A DNA stretch of 63,980 nucleotides, filler included, from Choristocarpus tenellus KU-1152 (lineage: Eukaryota; Protista; Phaeophyceae), in assembly GCA_964200185.2 (NCBI GenBank). It is 12 parts of 12 records of this genome, joined end to end, with 100 filler letters (N's around TTAATTAATTAA, not from the genome) between each part and the next. Parts side by side here need not be neighbours in the genome. Positions count along the whole stretch, not along the records: positions 23,518 to 26,371 come from CAXNAD020024181.1; positions 26,472 to 29,245 come from CAXNAD020024866.1; positions 29,346 to 32,923 come from CAXNAD020019148.1; positions 33,024 to 38,589 come from CAXNAD020010400.1; 8 more parts are not named here. One strand, written 5' to 3'. A program made the translations under genes and the position numbers. This document shows positions 24,645 through 38,453 of the stretch, piece after piece; the stretch's first letter is position 1; each line of letters opens with the position of its first letter. The notes beneath the pieces are model-generated. The model was not told where the DNA came from. It worked only from the letters and a program-made list of their open reading frames with translations, and made no database searches.

Positions 24645-26330
24645 TTATGTTCCTGATGATTTCGAATCAAGAAAGCCCAGAGATGATTTGACAAAGTAAA
24701 ATCTGTATGCACATACTAGAGTACAACTTAATGTCCGTGTCCGATCACCCACATCAAGACATGGCTCCATCTTGAAGGTCGAAACTTCCACTTGTGCTGA
24801 TCGCCTCATATTTCCCCTTACTGATAATTGCTCCACCTCTACCCCTACCATCCGATCTCCCACCACTGTCTTCAAGACAAGCTCTTTTGAAATTCTATAG
24901 CCCCTTTTCCGTCTGGTGCTGCACGCTCTTCACTTAGACAGTTTTGTGTTAGTGGCAGGTAGTATATCCTGCGGTGATTGCTCCGCCTCCAGGATTCCAA
25001 CCACTTTCGACTCGATACAATTCCAAAGTATGCCTTAATCTGCTTCTGGGATACCATAGAGGTCTTTAGTTCTAGATCCCAAACAGGTGGCCACCACCTA
25101 CTTCCACTGGAAGCCTTTGGACTGCCAATGCGGACCCCCTCATAGTAAAACATGATGATGGTCCAATTCCCAAAGTGGTTTAAAAAATGGTCCATCATGT
25201 CTCTTGCATACAGCAACACAGCCTTCTTTGCTGCCGCATGATGACTTTTTCCTCAACATTGCAAGGAAGTCAAGGAATATGGGTGCAACTGTCTCTGTGC
25301 GAATGTGTTCGATTTCGCCTGAAGTTTTCCAATGAGAATTGAAGTGGGGAATAATTTCTTCCATCTCCATTTCTACATATTACACAAGTAATGATCAAGA
25401 TTTTTCTTCGCTTTCTAGGCATTTTTAATACTCTCATCTTTCGCGAAATCGTATTCAATTGGTCCAATCTAATTACAGTTATCTCGCTCAGCATATATAT
25501 GTTGTAAACTTCTGGTGATGTGGAATTGGGTGAAAGGTTATGGCCTCAGCTTCAAGTCGGTGTAAGACTTGATGCCTATATCTAATTTTTCAGCTCTTAG
25601 CATCCACGTGGAAATTGAGGGATCGTGTTACAAGTCCTCATGGTGGCTCTCCGAGTTTTGGAGGTTACTCAAGGAAAGCGAGGAAGACCGCTCCTGTTCT
25701 CTGTGAAAAAAGGACTAGACACAGAAAACTATCCACAGGATGGGGTCGAATCAAGATCCCACTTCTGATAGAGGAGAGGAATGTATGCATTCGCAAGTTA
25801 CTGGTTGATTTCCGGTAGTCCTTCAAAAAGGAAGTGAATTGGACCAGTGTGATAATCTACATGGACGAACCATTTTGCCATTGGCTCCAAGGCTCAGCAT
25901 CTTACAATAACAACGATCTAAATCACCAAAAACATGTTCTATCAGTCATGTGTATATCAGCATTCCAATGTGAGACCGGGTTCGAATCATCAACAGGCAA
26001 AGTCATAGTGCAAATATTAAAACAAGGGTACTGCAAAAACAGAGTTGCTTTCCTTCTTCAGATTATGCACACAATGGCGTACTCTATTGAGAGATGAAGA
26101 TGCTACTCTATAGCTTGATCGATGCGTTTGGACGCCAACTTTTATCTGTGAATAATCCATGGGATGAATTGATCTGTACCATATTTACAGCGTTTTGAAC
26201 ACCTCCAGTCTACTTTCGGTGTGGAAGCATTTTGTTCAAAATAGGCTTTAGATGACCTGTATGTTTGATTCCATGTAGAGTTAAACCTCAAACCAAGTCA
26301 TGAAATCAACTTTCTGACTACGTTTCCAAT
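24645..26330 (-). pseudogene. Decayed unidentified coding sequence
   Basis: Long protein-like frames with scattered stops, for example EMEEIIPHFNSHWKTSGEIEHIRTETVAPIFLDFLAMLRKK...GYRISKELVLKTVVGDRMVGVEVEQL. Confidence 0.35.
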
Positions 26331-26896
26331 CATACTCTTTGGGCCAAAGTATCTGGGGGGGTGGGTGGCGGNNNNNNNNNNNNNNNNNNNNNNNNNNNNN
26401 NNNNNNNNNNNNNNNTTAATTAATTAANNNNNNNNNNNNNNNNNNNNNNNNNNNNNNNNNNNNNNNNNNNNGACTCTCAATGTACATCTCCCACACATGC
26501 TGTTTTGCAAACAAGACATAGCGGAGCATTATGCAGGAAGGAAACGCGGGAGGGTGGAATAAGAAACAACTGAGCTATGGTATGAAGAGTACCGGGACAA
26601 AGCATTCGAAGATAGTGCTGCAATACCTGTACGGAGCTTGTCGTAGACAGTTTTATAGCCTACAAAAAAGGAAAAATGGGGTAAGAAATACAGTACACTG
26701 AAGAGCGTTGCTGCTGAATCTTGGTGTGCTTCGGAGCTAAAACCGAAATGATGTTATCTAAGTATTATTTTTTTTATGATTTATCATTACTGACTGACTC
26801 CCGTTTCAGGCATTGTGATGAAGCGGAGTGGACACCAGAGGCACGTTCGTTCGCGCTTGCTTGTGTTATAACGCATAACACTCATGACACTAGAAA

Positions 26897-27281
26897 AAAT
26901 ATCCATTAGTGTAAGCTACTATACTACAGCTGTACTGACGGCCTAAAATTAGCTCGAGCTATTGCTGGTGGTTTAATCGCAACTCGTGCCGAAATGGGCC
27001 TGCGAGGTCGCGATAGGTGTTTATTTAGATGGGCTGACTGCTGTAAACTTCTCTTGAAAAATGACAAGAGGCCTTTGTGCGGCACATCCTTCCAAATTCC
27101 ACAACAACAACATACAGCACATCCTTCCAACATTCCACAGCAGCAGCAACGCACACGGCTTAACGCAGTTATTTGAGAAGCCTATACTCTACTCTACTAC
27201 TACTGCTGCTGCTTCTCAATTCCCCACTTTTCATCTAGTAGAAATATCCATTAGTGTAAGCTACTATACTACAGCTGTACT
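26897..27281. repeat. Perfect 40-bp direct repeat bracketing about 305 bp
   Basis: aaatatccattagtgtaagctactatactacagctgtact occurs at 26897-26936 and 27242-27281. Confidence 0.9.
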
Positions 27282-29049
27282 ACTGCACTTTTGCTGAACA
27301 TGCGTGTGTGCGGTACCTCTACTGTACTGCTGCTGAGAGAGGTCTACTATTGTACTTTGTTTGTATCGTTAGACATGTAGGAAGTACTTCGTATGTGTGT
27401 TGAACAAAGAACGAACGAAGTCGCCTACTGCCGGTATTTGCTTCTGTTAGTGTAATAAAAAAAATTCCTTCTTTACTTCTTTAGTACTGTAGAACAACAG
27501 CCAACAGTCAACAGCACACAAGACAGCGAGCGCTACATAACATATCACGTGCAAGCAGAGAACGCATGAACGAACACCCCAACATCAACACACAGGCACA
27601 TAGATAATTATAAAATAGAGTGAGACGCTCACACATGCGCACACAATCCGCACACACACCAACACATACACACCAACACATACAAATGGTAGCGCACACC
27701 CACACTGAGATAATGTGCAACAACAAACAGACACACATCTATCTCCTCATTGCGAACACAGGAGGAGTGAGAAATAGACAGTGATAGACAGTGCAACAGA
27801 CACCCAAACAGACGTATTTGAACACACCTCAGGTGTCGCTGTGTTCTGTCACATGGCGCAATGGAGATGCTGGCGAGGTATTCGGGTGGTCAGGTGGTGG
27901 GGTATAGCTTACAGCAGGGCCGGCCGGTGCTGTAGAGCTCATCGAGAACAGACCCCACATCGCGAGAATGCACGGCCAACAGCAGTATAATATCCCTCCC
28001 GTCCGTGGTCTGTGGCGCACACCAGAGGAAGCACAAAAAGTATCATCGTAAGTAGCGTACACATACACAGCTCAAGGTTTCGTTGATGTTGTATGACATG
28101 GCAACCGAGGTTTGAACCACCTCGTGACAGGTTGCAGTGATGCATTTCATACCCATAAACAGCCCTGTGCGCAATCATATGATGCCTACTCACAACGCCG
28201 GCCTGCACAACTCTGTACATACAGCAGAGAGGGGACACTTACCGTTTGGTACTCGCGCGACCCGCAGGTGGACAACTAACAACCGTCACGGTGAATGCTT
28301 GTTTCTTGAAGAAGCGCTCGCAGTAGAGGACATCTACCACACCTGATTTTTGATCGACTGCCTTGATGGCTGTTCCGACTTGTGAGGTGAAAGGCTCGGT
28401 CGTCGGAATCAAACAAGCCAACGAATCTCGAAACCGATTTAAAAAAAACTATCCGTCGGATTTTCAGGTAGAGTGATTTTTTTTAGAACTGAATCACCGG
28501 TTTTCCTCGACAGGTAAAAGACTCCCAGGCAAGAATCGTACTCTCACAGTAGACTACTAGTTAAATAGAGTCGGAATGGTCCGAAGTCTATCCGTTCAAC
28601 ATCGATAAACCATAAACGTTCCTATTTGAAATCGTAACCAGAACGAAAATTTAATATATTTCTTTAAAGCTTCCCTGTTTGCTATGGAACCGGCACGTTG
28701 GAGCCATTTTCGGAATATCTAACAGTCAAAATAATCGGAGTGTTTCGAAGTGCACCCCGTGTACCGTTAGCACAACAGACAAGTATGTTCCGATTTCCGA
28801 GGTTAACCCGTGCCCGTTGGAATAACAGCCACGTATGTTCCGATTTCAAGAATCAGAACAAAGATCGGAATATTTCTCGCAAACTTCCCTGTGGGTTATG
28901 CATTTCCTGCAAGTTGGAGCCTCTTTCGGAATATCTACCCTGCTATATACGGTTGATCTCCACATTTATCGAGCTGCGTTTATCCGACCGGTTAGGGTTG
29001 TTGAGCTGTACGTTTTTCTGTTGGGGCAGCGGAACTCTGCGTAACTACA

Positions 29050-29245
29050 GAGTGAAAGTATCTTAAAGGGTATGAAGTTTTCCCTGTTTGTCCATTTGGG
29101 GCTTGGATTCTCCTGAATTTTTTATTACATTTTCCTATTCCAAAATGTTTCGGAGTAGGTAAAATGTATACGTTATGAGAAGGTGTGTCCAGAAGAAGGA
29201 TATTGACACTTCCTAACAGACACAATAGCCAAAATTACATCAAAA
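29050..29245 (+). mobile_element. MITE family A, left part truncated by the contig end
   Basis: gagtgaaagtatcttaaagggta...gtccatttgggg...aaatgtttcggagtaggtaaaatgt, closely similar to the copy at 54960. Confidence 0.88.
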
Positions 29246-29345
29246 NNNNNNNNNNNNNNNNNNNNNNNNNNNNNNNNNNNNNNNNNNNNTTAATTAATTA
29301 ANNNNNNNNNNNNNNNNNNNNNNNNNNNNNNNNNNNNNNNNNNNN

Positions 29346-30897
29346 GTGTGGAGGTCAAAGAGTTGGATGGTAGAGGGAAGGAGGAGGACAAGGGTGGAGG
29401 GGGTGGGGGAGGGGGCGGGGGAGGCTTGTGGTGGCTGTGGGAGTTTGCAGTGGGAGAGTTGCTGAGATTTTATGGAGAGGAGGAAGGCGACGCGTTGCAC
29501 TGTGTAGCATTTTGTGAGGTGATAAGGTGAGCAGATTCGACACCAGGGTTGAAATATATATGTATATACATGTATTATGATTGTTTATTATAGTTTTGTG
29601 GGAGTTTGTATAACTATGTCCTTGAATTTTTTGTCTGCTGTTGTTGTTGTTGTGTGTGTGTGATGGGAGATCGGGCAGTGTGGTTGTTAGAACTGGAGTG
29701 CCAATTGCATTGAAAGAGGGCTTTATGGAGAGACGTTTGAAGGATGCGATGTTGTAGTACTATACTATACTGTGGTACCTGTTGGTGATTGTACTACCAT
29801 TGTCGAAATCTCCTTGTACAGAGTGTGTATGTGTATATATATGTATATATGATTGTCTGCACTTGTAAAGAAGATGTTTAGTGTTTCCTATTAGTATTGT
29901 TGTACTGATAGTATTGATAGGGTTAGGGTTGTGTGAGTGAAGGGAGAGAGAGAAATTGTACTGATGGTGAATCGATTTTGATAGGTTTAGGGGTTTAGGG
30001 TTGTGTGATTGGAGATTGAGAGAGGTTGTCTCCATCTAGAAATATGCAAGAGTGTGTCCTTCATGGTGTTGCAAATTAAAAGGGATGTACAGGTATCCAT
30101 CAAATTGAATCCAAAAGCGTGTGTGTGTGCTCAATTGAGTCTATAAGCGTATGGGAAGGAAACTGTGTGTCTAGCACCTATTAATACTGAAATCGACATA
30201 TTGTATATTTTGTTGGTGTTGATTTTAGTATTGAGATTGATACTTTTTTATTGTATTGGACACGGTTCTACCCTCTAAGATACTTTGGATCAGAACTGTC
30301 TTCAAGTGTTCGAAACAATTCTATGAAGGTATTGATTGCTCTTTAGATTATTGGATCATATGAATCAGTGCTTTTCGCGTCATTTTTTTAGTGTGTTATT
30401 TTCACTGCCCTGACCTTACCCGTATTGTACCAAACTACTATACTATACCATACCTGTGTGCTGCACCACCTCTTACCTTTTAGATGTGTAAAGTATGAAC
30501 TATCTACCTAAACCTAACCTAGTGATACTAATACTAATAATGATAATGATAAGTCTCTATGTTTGTGTTACACATGTCTCTAAGTGATGGCAAATTATAC
30601 ACATGTGCCTAATGTGTATTGCTTGTGACTTCCAGGGGATGGTACAACACGGTTGGGCCAGGGAAGAAGAGAGCAGCAGGCTTGGAAGGGGATGGGGAGG
30701 GAGGGGGAGAGGGAGAGCAGACTGAAGTATTAATGAGGGATGCCAAGGTGGTAGCCACTGCTGCTGCCGTTTCGCGGGGTGGGGGGTGGGATAGGGTGGT
30801 GAGGAGGAGGGACTCAAACAGTTCAAAAGCAGGGGAGGGGGGGGAGCTTGATGAGGACTCTAGGTGGTGTGGAGTGGAGGACGTGGACAAGAATCTG
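29346..30897 (+). CDS. Two internal exons of an unidentified Gly/Glu-rich protein (to 29526; 30636-30897)
   Basis: A phase-2 GT-AG join gives LWWLWEFAVGELLRFYGEEEGDALHCVAFCEVI-R-GWYNTVGPG...EVLMRDAKVVATAAAVSRGGGWD. Confidence 0.6.
30256..30291 (+). mobile_element. MITE family A right TIR remnant
   Basis: ttggacacggttctaccctctaagatactttggatc. Confidence 0.7.
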
Positions 30898-33023
30898 GTA
30901 TGAAGTAATTCCCGAATTATGTCTTGGTTTGTATTGCAGAGTGTATTGGAGTTGTTAAGATGTGTGTTGGCGGTGATTGGGGGTTGTGTTTAGGTTAATT
31001 TAGGGTTTGTGGGGGGTACGGTGTTTGTATGGTGCGCAGAAGGCGTTGGTGCAGTTGTTTTTGTAGGTTTTGTTTTGGGGGAGTGAGGTGAGAGCATTGC
31101 GGTTGTCAGCAATTGGGCGGTGAATCAAGATGGAGGTAAGTGTGTCCTTTTGATTGAGATAATGTTCCTATTTTTAAATATTATTTTATTTTTATGTAAC
31201 TCCCGTCCTGTTGCCGCTTCTCATCAACCCACCCCACCACCACGAAGAAGAAAATAGTGTACTTTGTGAAGTAATATTAGTTGATAGTGGTTCATCATCT
31301 GAGTGAAAAAAAGAGGTTTAGTTTGCTATGTTCTGACCATGGCGGCATTTCTATTATTGGTGTGATATGATGTGATGTGATGTGATTTGTCCGCTCTCCT
31401 GGCCTCTTTGCAGTTTTGATTTTTCTGTTTTTTTATTATTTTATGTTATGCAGTTTGTCTTTAGATATACAAGAGAGTTCAACTTGCTTTTTTGAGATTG
31501 TTGTGTAGTGTTGAGTGATTTATCTTTTAACACAAACAATAGTAGTGGTCCTTTTGCAGGTGTTCCAAGAAGGCCACTGTATTCTATTGGGTCATTGTGA
31601 CTAATATTATTTAATGTTATGTTGTTGTTATTATTATTATTATTATTATTAATGACTTTTTGTTGGGTTTTTTCTCTGAGGGTTAAGAGCCAACACAACA
31701 ACAGTGTGCATTACATGCAATGAAGCCATTCCTATACCAGCTGTTGCAGTAGTAGTTTTTTGTGGTTTTTGTGTGGTATGTAAAAGTAGTAAAAAACGGA
31801 AGGCGATACACACATCTGATGCTACTCCTGGGCTGGCTCTGTGAAGGTGGTCTATTAGATTATCATTGTCATAGAATGGTGAACAGCATCCATTGATATT
31901 TTTGTTCTCATTTCCCAATTCGTGTCTCCCACCTCCTATCTCTTGTCATTTTTTTATTTTTGATATATTTAAGTTGAGATTTTTGTAGAACGCTCATGTG
32001 CAGAGTTGAACTCCCCTCTCCCTTCCTCTCGAATGTGAAGTGAGCCTGCCAGTCCCAGAGCACCGTGGCATAAGTCCCAGAGCCATCAACAGCATCAACA
32101 CAAGAGTGCACTTTTTTTGTTTCATTTATTGCAAGACTTCACAGCTGTTCATTTTTTTTACCATTTTGTTTAAGGTTATGGTTTAGTGGGTGGCACGGTA
32201 TAATCACTTGAAGTATCTATCGAATATATTGCACCATTAGTGGAAAATAAAGATCACAACACTGTTCCACCCACTATGATTTCTTAGCTCATTTCAATCG
32301 AAAAATTTCTGGTTTAATACCCGGCCCATGCCAAAAATGCCTCCATATATTGAACACCAGTCTTCGTCAAGTGCACTTAGAAGACAATCATTCATGCCGT
32401 TCTACTGTTGTGATAACCTACTTGTCTTATTATTATTATTATTATTATTATTAATATGCAACATGCAAGTTGTGAGGTTGGAAGGTGGGGGGGCAGGCTA
32501 GGGAGGACACCCTTTTGAACTTGAGGCGTAGGTTCTCGAATGGCCTACTCTGGAACAGGTTAGTTCTGTAGCGGCGTTTGGGAGGGATGACAGCAGACTT
32601 TAAAAAGCTACCCATGCTTCACTCTGCTGTAAGATATTTTAGTCGGAATGAAAGTAGGTTTGTATTCTCAATAGGTACTTCCATGTCCTCCCAAGTATTT
32701 TGTATTGTGGTCCCATTGCCGCTAGTATTGCAACCTATTTCTGGCTTATCGCCTCCCCCCCCCCCCGAGACAGGCAATAGTGTCTGACCACTATTGTATT
32801 GGAAAGTAGTTGAATGAAGTTTTCTCATTCATGTTCTTCAAAGTGTCCCGGGGGGGGGGGGGGGGGGGGGGGTGGGGGGTTTTTTTTTTTTTTTTTTTAA
32901 CATACGGTGTGATGGGTTTTTGTNNNNNNNNNNNNNNNNNNNNNNNNNNNNNNNNNNNNNNNNNNNNTTAATTAATTAANNNNNNNNNNNNNNNNNNNNN
33001 NNNNNNNNNNNNNNNNNNNNNNN

Positions 33024-33121
33024 GCCATTGGAGGGAAAATGAAATGGCCTTTTTCCTGTCCCGGGCCCAAATGGCCCCCTGGGGGTAGCCCCCCCCCCCC
33101 CCCTCCCAGATACTTTGAGTC
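33024..33121 (+). mobile_element. MITE family C right end at contig start
   Basis: cccaaatgg...C-run...cccagatactttgagtc, colinear with 9475-9554. Confidence 0.75.
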
Positions 33122-33260
33122 TCTCGTAGATCCCATCTTACCGTGTGAAGGAAACAGTTGCTTTGCTACGCCCCAGAATCACTGCTTTCAATTTTGTTCC
33201 ACCCGTCACAATACCTGAGCTGATCTTACAGTATCAACAATGCGCTGAGGCCAACAACAG

Positions 33261-36200
33261 ATCAAAGAAGAGTCGTTCCTGGAGGATATCAACAATATCC
33301 TGCAGTCTGGGGAAGTACCTAATCTCTATTCCAGGGATGAGCTTCCTGCCATCTTGGACGTCGTACGGAAACCTGCCAAGGCTGCGGGTGTGGAAGAAAT
33401 GGCAGAGTTGCTCTGGAAGTTCTTTGTTGACAGGTTGGAATATCTTTTTCTCCCCTATCCATACGATTCAATGATGTTCAACCCCAACTTAACAGTTCCT
33501 TGTGCTGATGTCCACGTGCTGCAATTGAAAATTAGACCCAACAAACTGGAAGTGAATATTGCAGACAATGCCACACTCAAAAGTACCAGAGAACTCAGTA
33601 CATAACATACCTTCAATAGACTCACAAATAAATTGGTGTTCTTGCTCAACCCCCTCCCTTCGAGTGCCACCCACGTTTTGAACATCTTGAATGCTACCAA
33701 TTTTGTTTTAATTGACTCTGCTGCAACACAGGGTTCGTGATAACCTTCACATTGTGCTAGCAATGTCACCAATTGGTGACGGCTTCCGTAACCGAACACG
33801 AATGTACCCTGGCCTTGTGAACTGCACCACTATTGACTGGTTCCATCCTTGGCCAGCTGATGCTCTGGTTGAGGTTGCCATGCAGTTCATAAAAGACGTT
33901 CAGGTAGGCAACATGGCAGTTGCGGAAAGGGAGTACGAGTTGGCCTTGTGCCGGTCAACTGTTTTTGATTGGCATCACCTTGCTTCATGAAACTGCAAGG
34001 AAACATTATAGCAGAGTTAAAGTATCTTAGAGGGTACGAATTTTTCTCTGTTTGTCCATTTGGGGCTTGGCTTCCCACAGGTTTTTAATGACATTTCACC
34101 TACGCCAAAATGTTTCAGAGTATGTAAAATGTACACGTTATGAAAAGCTGTGTCTGGAAGTAGGATATTGATATCTCCTAGCAAATATGATAGCCAAAAG
34201 TATATCAAAATTGCAAAATTACATTTTGGTCGCCAAATGGACGCGGCTCTACCCACTAAGACACTTTGCTTCAACATGGAGTAGATCGAAACCTGGACTG
34301 GGCAGCAAGCATAAAAGAGAAACCACTCCAAACTCTCCCTTGTTGCAGAAATGTTTCTCACCCCCCTATGTCCTTTCCCATTCCATGTTGCTGAACGTCC
34401 ATGCCGGTTGTTTCAATTGCAATGAACAGATGGATGACGAATCCCATCGCCCCAAGGTGGCTTCGATATTTTCGTCTATGCACTCTTCCGTCGTGCACTC
34501 GTCTGCAAAGATGCTTGATGAACTCAAACGTCACAACTATGTCACACCTACAAATTTCCTCGAGCTGGTTAAGGTGAGCATGCAAAAAAACAATATCCGA
34601 AATCACTATGTCATACCAAGGTTGAGGGATTAGATGTAACTGTCCAGAAATTTCTTCATGCCAATAAAACAGCCCATTACTACAATGGGCATGAGGGGGG
34701 GCGTCCACCGTACCACTATCCCATACCCGCTTAATTTTGGGATAGTCTCATCCCTCAGAACATACAAAATCTTGGGAAGAAGATGTATAATATACGTAGA
34801 CCCTGCTACAGAGTGCATTAGATATGTCTCCACAAGAGAAGAAGAAATTGTTTGCATCAAGCTCGCCAAAAATGAAAATTGGAGCAAAAACCACATTTGA
34901 AGGTGCCTGTTCTGTGTGCACATTATTTTCTCTGCTGAGTGTAGGTAAACTGGTGAAGGTGATGTGCTCCGGAGTAGATGATATTTACCATGCAATATTA
35001 TCAGAGTAGCCTACTCTTTCAATATCAAGAGAACTCTTTTGCATCACCATTAACAACAGTCTTGGCTCCTCCTGGAAGAATCCAATGCAATACTAGGGAT
35101 CAGGCTCAGATTGACATTTCCCTCACCAGGACCGATTCAAATCCCAATCTCCCCAAGTGATGCAAAGCACAAAGCACATTTTTGGTAATGTATTGACTGT
35201 GTGATAATCTATTAATAGAGTGCAAGATGTGATGTGACTCTAGATGTTTACTGATTCTTCTGAACAGGGACTCCATTCATCATGAGCAGAAAATCGTTCT
35301 TTTGTTTTTATGGCATGCAATTACTGCACAATGTGCTTCGAAGGTCCCCAGAAGACCTGACATAGTTTCATAACTTTCTTGAGGAAGATTAATGCCCAAC
35401 AAAGAATGACATCATGCTATGTGGGTTATGTGCATCGTGTTGGTATTGTCTCAGGGTTACCGTGTCATTCTAGCTGAGAGGAGGGGCACCCTCTCTGACT
35501 CATCCAACAAGCTCCGGAACGGTCTAACAAAGCTTGAGGAAGCCAAGGAACAGGTATAGATTGAATTTTTGTGATACAAACGTGCTTATACTCCAGGGCA
35601 TTTTTGTGAAGGAGAAAAGGGGGTGGAGAAAATTAGGGTACGGGCATGTGTCCAGGATTTTATTGTGACGTGTTGGGATTCTGGTTGGAACTGCATGCAA
35701 CCAGAATTCTGGAATAAGGTCATTGGTTTGTGCTTCCTACATATATTATCTACCATTCTCAGAGCCCCTTCGTACAATTCTACTGTGCACCTATCAAGAT
35801 CTATCAACATCTGTCAAGAACTACCTAGAACTACCAAGAGAATATAGTACTTAGTTGAAGTATTGGTCTTGGGTGGGGCTCTAACAATACAAAAACATAT
35901 ATCATAGTTGGAGATGCTTGGTGTGCAGGCGCAAAACCAAAGCAGGTTCCTGCTTGAACAACACGATTCGCAAACATAGTAAGCACAGTAAAATCGATGT
36001 AGCTTAAGAGTTAAGAGACGATCGACTTGAAAGGATTGGGTATGGTGGATCTAGAAAGTAATACAACATTTCCCAATTCAAATTCGTTCAAAATATTTTG
36101 GTCAAGGTTATGGCTCAATAGGCCCTTGATAATTATGTAGGTAAAGTTCACTAATCAAAGTAAAAGAGAGGTACCCAGGTATTGGTCGTTTTGGATTTTA

Positions 36201-38453
36201 AGTCTATTTTTCAATCAATTGTAACTCACTCATACTCTACGGATGAAGTTCTAAGTTTCACGTTTGTTTGAAAGCATCCATTAAAATGTAAGTCTGGTAC
36301 CTCTCGTTTATTTTGACTCTTAGCAACCCTGGTCTAATTTGTACAAAGCTAGTGTTGAGAAATTTCTCTGAGGGCCACAACGTTCTTAAAAATGGTATTC
36401 TTTTTTTCCTATCCATTCCTTTTGAACGTGATGGAGCGTTATAATTTGGGAACCACTACGACACATACGTTTACTTTGACAATTATTAGGGCTATGAGCC
36501 ATCTGATCTTCAAGTTACGTATCTCTGGAGTATTTCAGGCCCCTGTGACTGTGTCATAGTACATGTACTTCTAGCATTCTGAAGGAGGATTCTTACATTC
36601 ATGTTGACGAACGTTTTTCTTCTCTTCTACATCCACAGTCTCCTAATTAGAGTTGGCTGCATTTCAGCATAGGAGTGGCCTGCCAGGTGGAAGGTTTAGA
36701 TGTCCAAAATACTCAATAGGGCCTATGAAAACCCTCCTCAAAGGTAGGATGACTCTTTCACTACTAGGCTACTACTCCTACTCCAAAGAATATAATCCCC
36801 ATCCAATCTGCGGCAATACAGCTAGTCAATTCTACCATCATCCTATCACTTGACAGCTCTGATGCCTTGAAAGACTAAACCTTAAGGCATTCCTTCAGGG
36901 CAATCGAAGTGTCACACTCCACAAAACAAGTTTATCTCACCTCCGTCCCATACAATCTCACCAGTATATCTCAACCTGATATTTTTTCCACCTACTATGT
37001 TCCGAGTAGGTTGAAACAATGTCGGTTGAGCTTGAGAAGAAGAAGGTGGTGGTTGCCGCAGCACAGAAGGATTGTGAAGAGCTGCTCGTGGAAATTGTAT
37101 CGGAGCGAAGGGTGGCAGATGAGCAAAGGAAGCAGGTGCGATGCAGAAAATATTTGTGGTTTAAGAGGCGCGTCTTTATGTGTTACAATACTGTTGTGTA
37201 TTTAGCAATGCGAAGGACTGTGTAGAACTTGGGATATACTTTGGAGTAAATCCATCACCACAAAGAATTCCACTAGTTCCAAATGTGACCTAGGTCACAA
37301 CCAAACACTCGTGTTCTTCTATAGATTTATACTTTTCATGTCTTCAGATTGACCTCCAGTGGCCTCAGTTGTGGGAAACCCTCACATTCAACTTGAAGCT
37401 AAGCTTGGTAGGGACACACTATCACGTTTGGACATGGTATTTCGTGGGGCAGTCTGAATGAGGAAGCAAAAGCATACGATCGTTTTGACCATCTCCCCCC
37501 AGGTAGAGCAAGAGTCGGAAAAAATCAGCAAGGAGGAAGTGCAGTGTAAGGCAATTGCAGACGATGCTCAAGCAGATTTGGCTGTGGCGTTACCAGCCCT
37601 GGAGAGGGCTATGTCTGAGGTGGATAAGCTTGACAAGAATTCCATCTCAGAGGTGAGATTGTGTTGTGTGTGGAAGTTTTGGTAGTTGGCTGAAGGAAAT
37701 ATCTTCTTGAGCATCTTGGTTTGCGGTTTCTCCAGGGACATGAAGCTCCACAACTCTGATGTTGAAATGTTTTCAACTGCCATTTGCTATATTAGGTCAA
37801 AGCATACTCTAAGCCTACACCTCTAGTGGAGACGGTAATGGCTGCTGTGATGACCCTGATGGGACGAGCTCCCGACTGGGCTACAGCAAAGAAAGCTTTG
37901 GGCGAATCCAACTTTCTGGCTCAGGTCTGTGAGGGGTGTCGAACTCAAGCATAAATATGGCCAAGGCCTCATCAAACATGAAGGGCATAAATTGTTGAAG
38001 TGGGTATGTTATCTTAATGAGGCGATGATGCACAATACAAAATAACTCATATAATTTCCTATCTCAGTTTGTGACAGGAGTTGCCGTCCTATTTTGGAGT
38101 ATGTGTCCTGGTGTATCACATTCTATTGGCACTATATAAGACAAACAATGCACAAAACGTATCAGATTGAATGCTTTCACATAATTATAACTTTCACACA
38201 ATGAAATTTTGAAACTCGTTATGAACTAGTTCAAAATCAGTATAGAGAAACGCTCATGTACCAAGCATCTTCCCATACAAACGTTTTTGACAAGCGTAGT
38301 GTTGCGTGTTCTCATTCCTGACTTTTTTTATTGTATCTCATCATATCATTATAGGTCAAGGGCTACAACAAAGATGGAGTCTCCAATGCCCTTATGACCA
38401 AGATCAAGAAGTATGTTAACAACCCTGAGTTCTCCCAAGAGAATGTCTCCAAG
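33261..38453 (+). CDS. DNAH2: Axonemal dynein heavy chain, AAA4 to stalk/MTBD, 8 exons (33261-33433, 33732-33903, 34430-34573, 35455-35553, 37010-37135, 37503-37652, 37796-37924, 38355-38453); DNAH2/inner-arm I1-beta-like; partial
   Basis: FLEDINNILQSGEVPNLY, VRDNLHIVLAMSPIG, PGLVNCTTIDWF, NYVTPTNFLELV, QKDCEELLVEIVSERRVADEQ, CKAIADDAQADL..ALPALE. All introns are GT-AG and phase-consistent. Subfamily assigned from recalled similarity only. Confidence 0.93.
34014..34272. mobile_element. MITE family A, complete, intronic
   Basis: TIRs gagttaaagtatcttagagggta / tacccactaagacactttgcttc. Flanks agca and aaca form a 4-bp TSD with one mismatch. Confidence 0.88.
36152..36319. mobile_element. MITE family B, shorter intronic copy
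   Basis: caaagtaaaagagaggtacccag ... ctggtacctctcgtttattttgactc. Confidence 0.8.
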
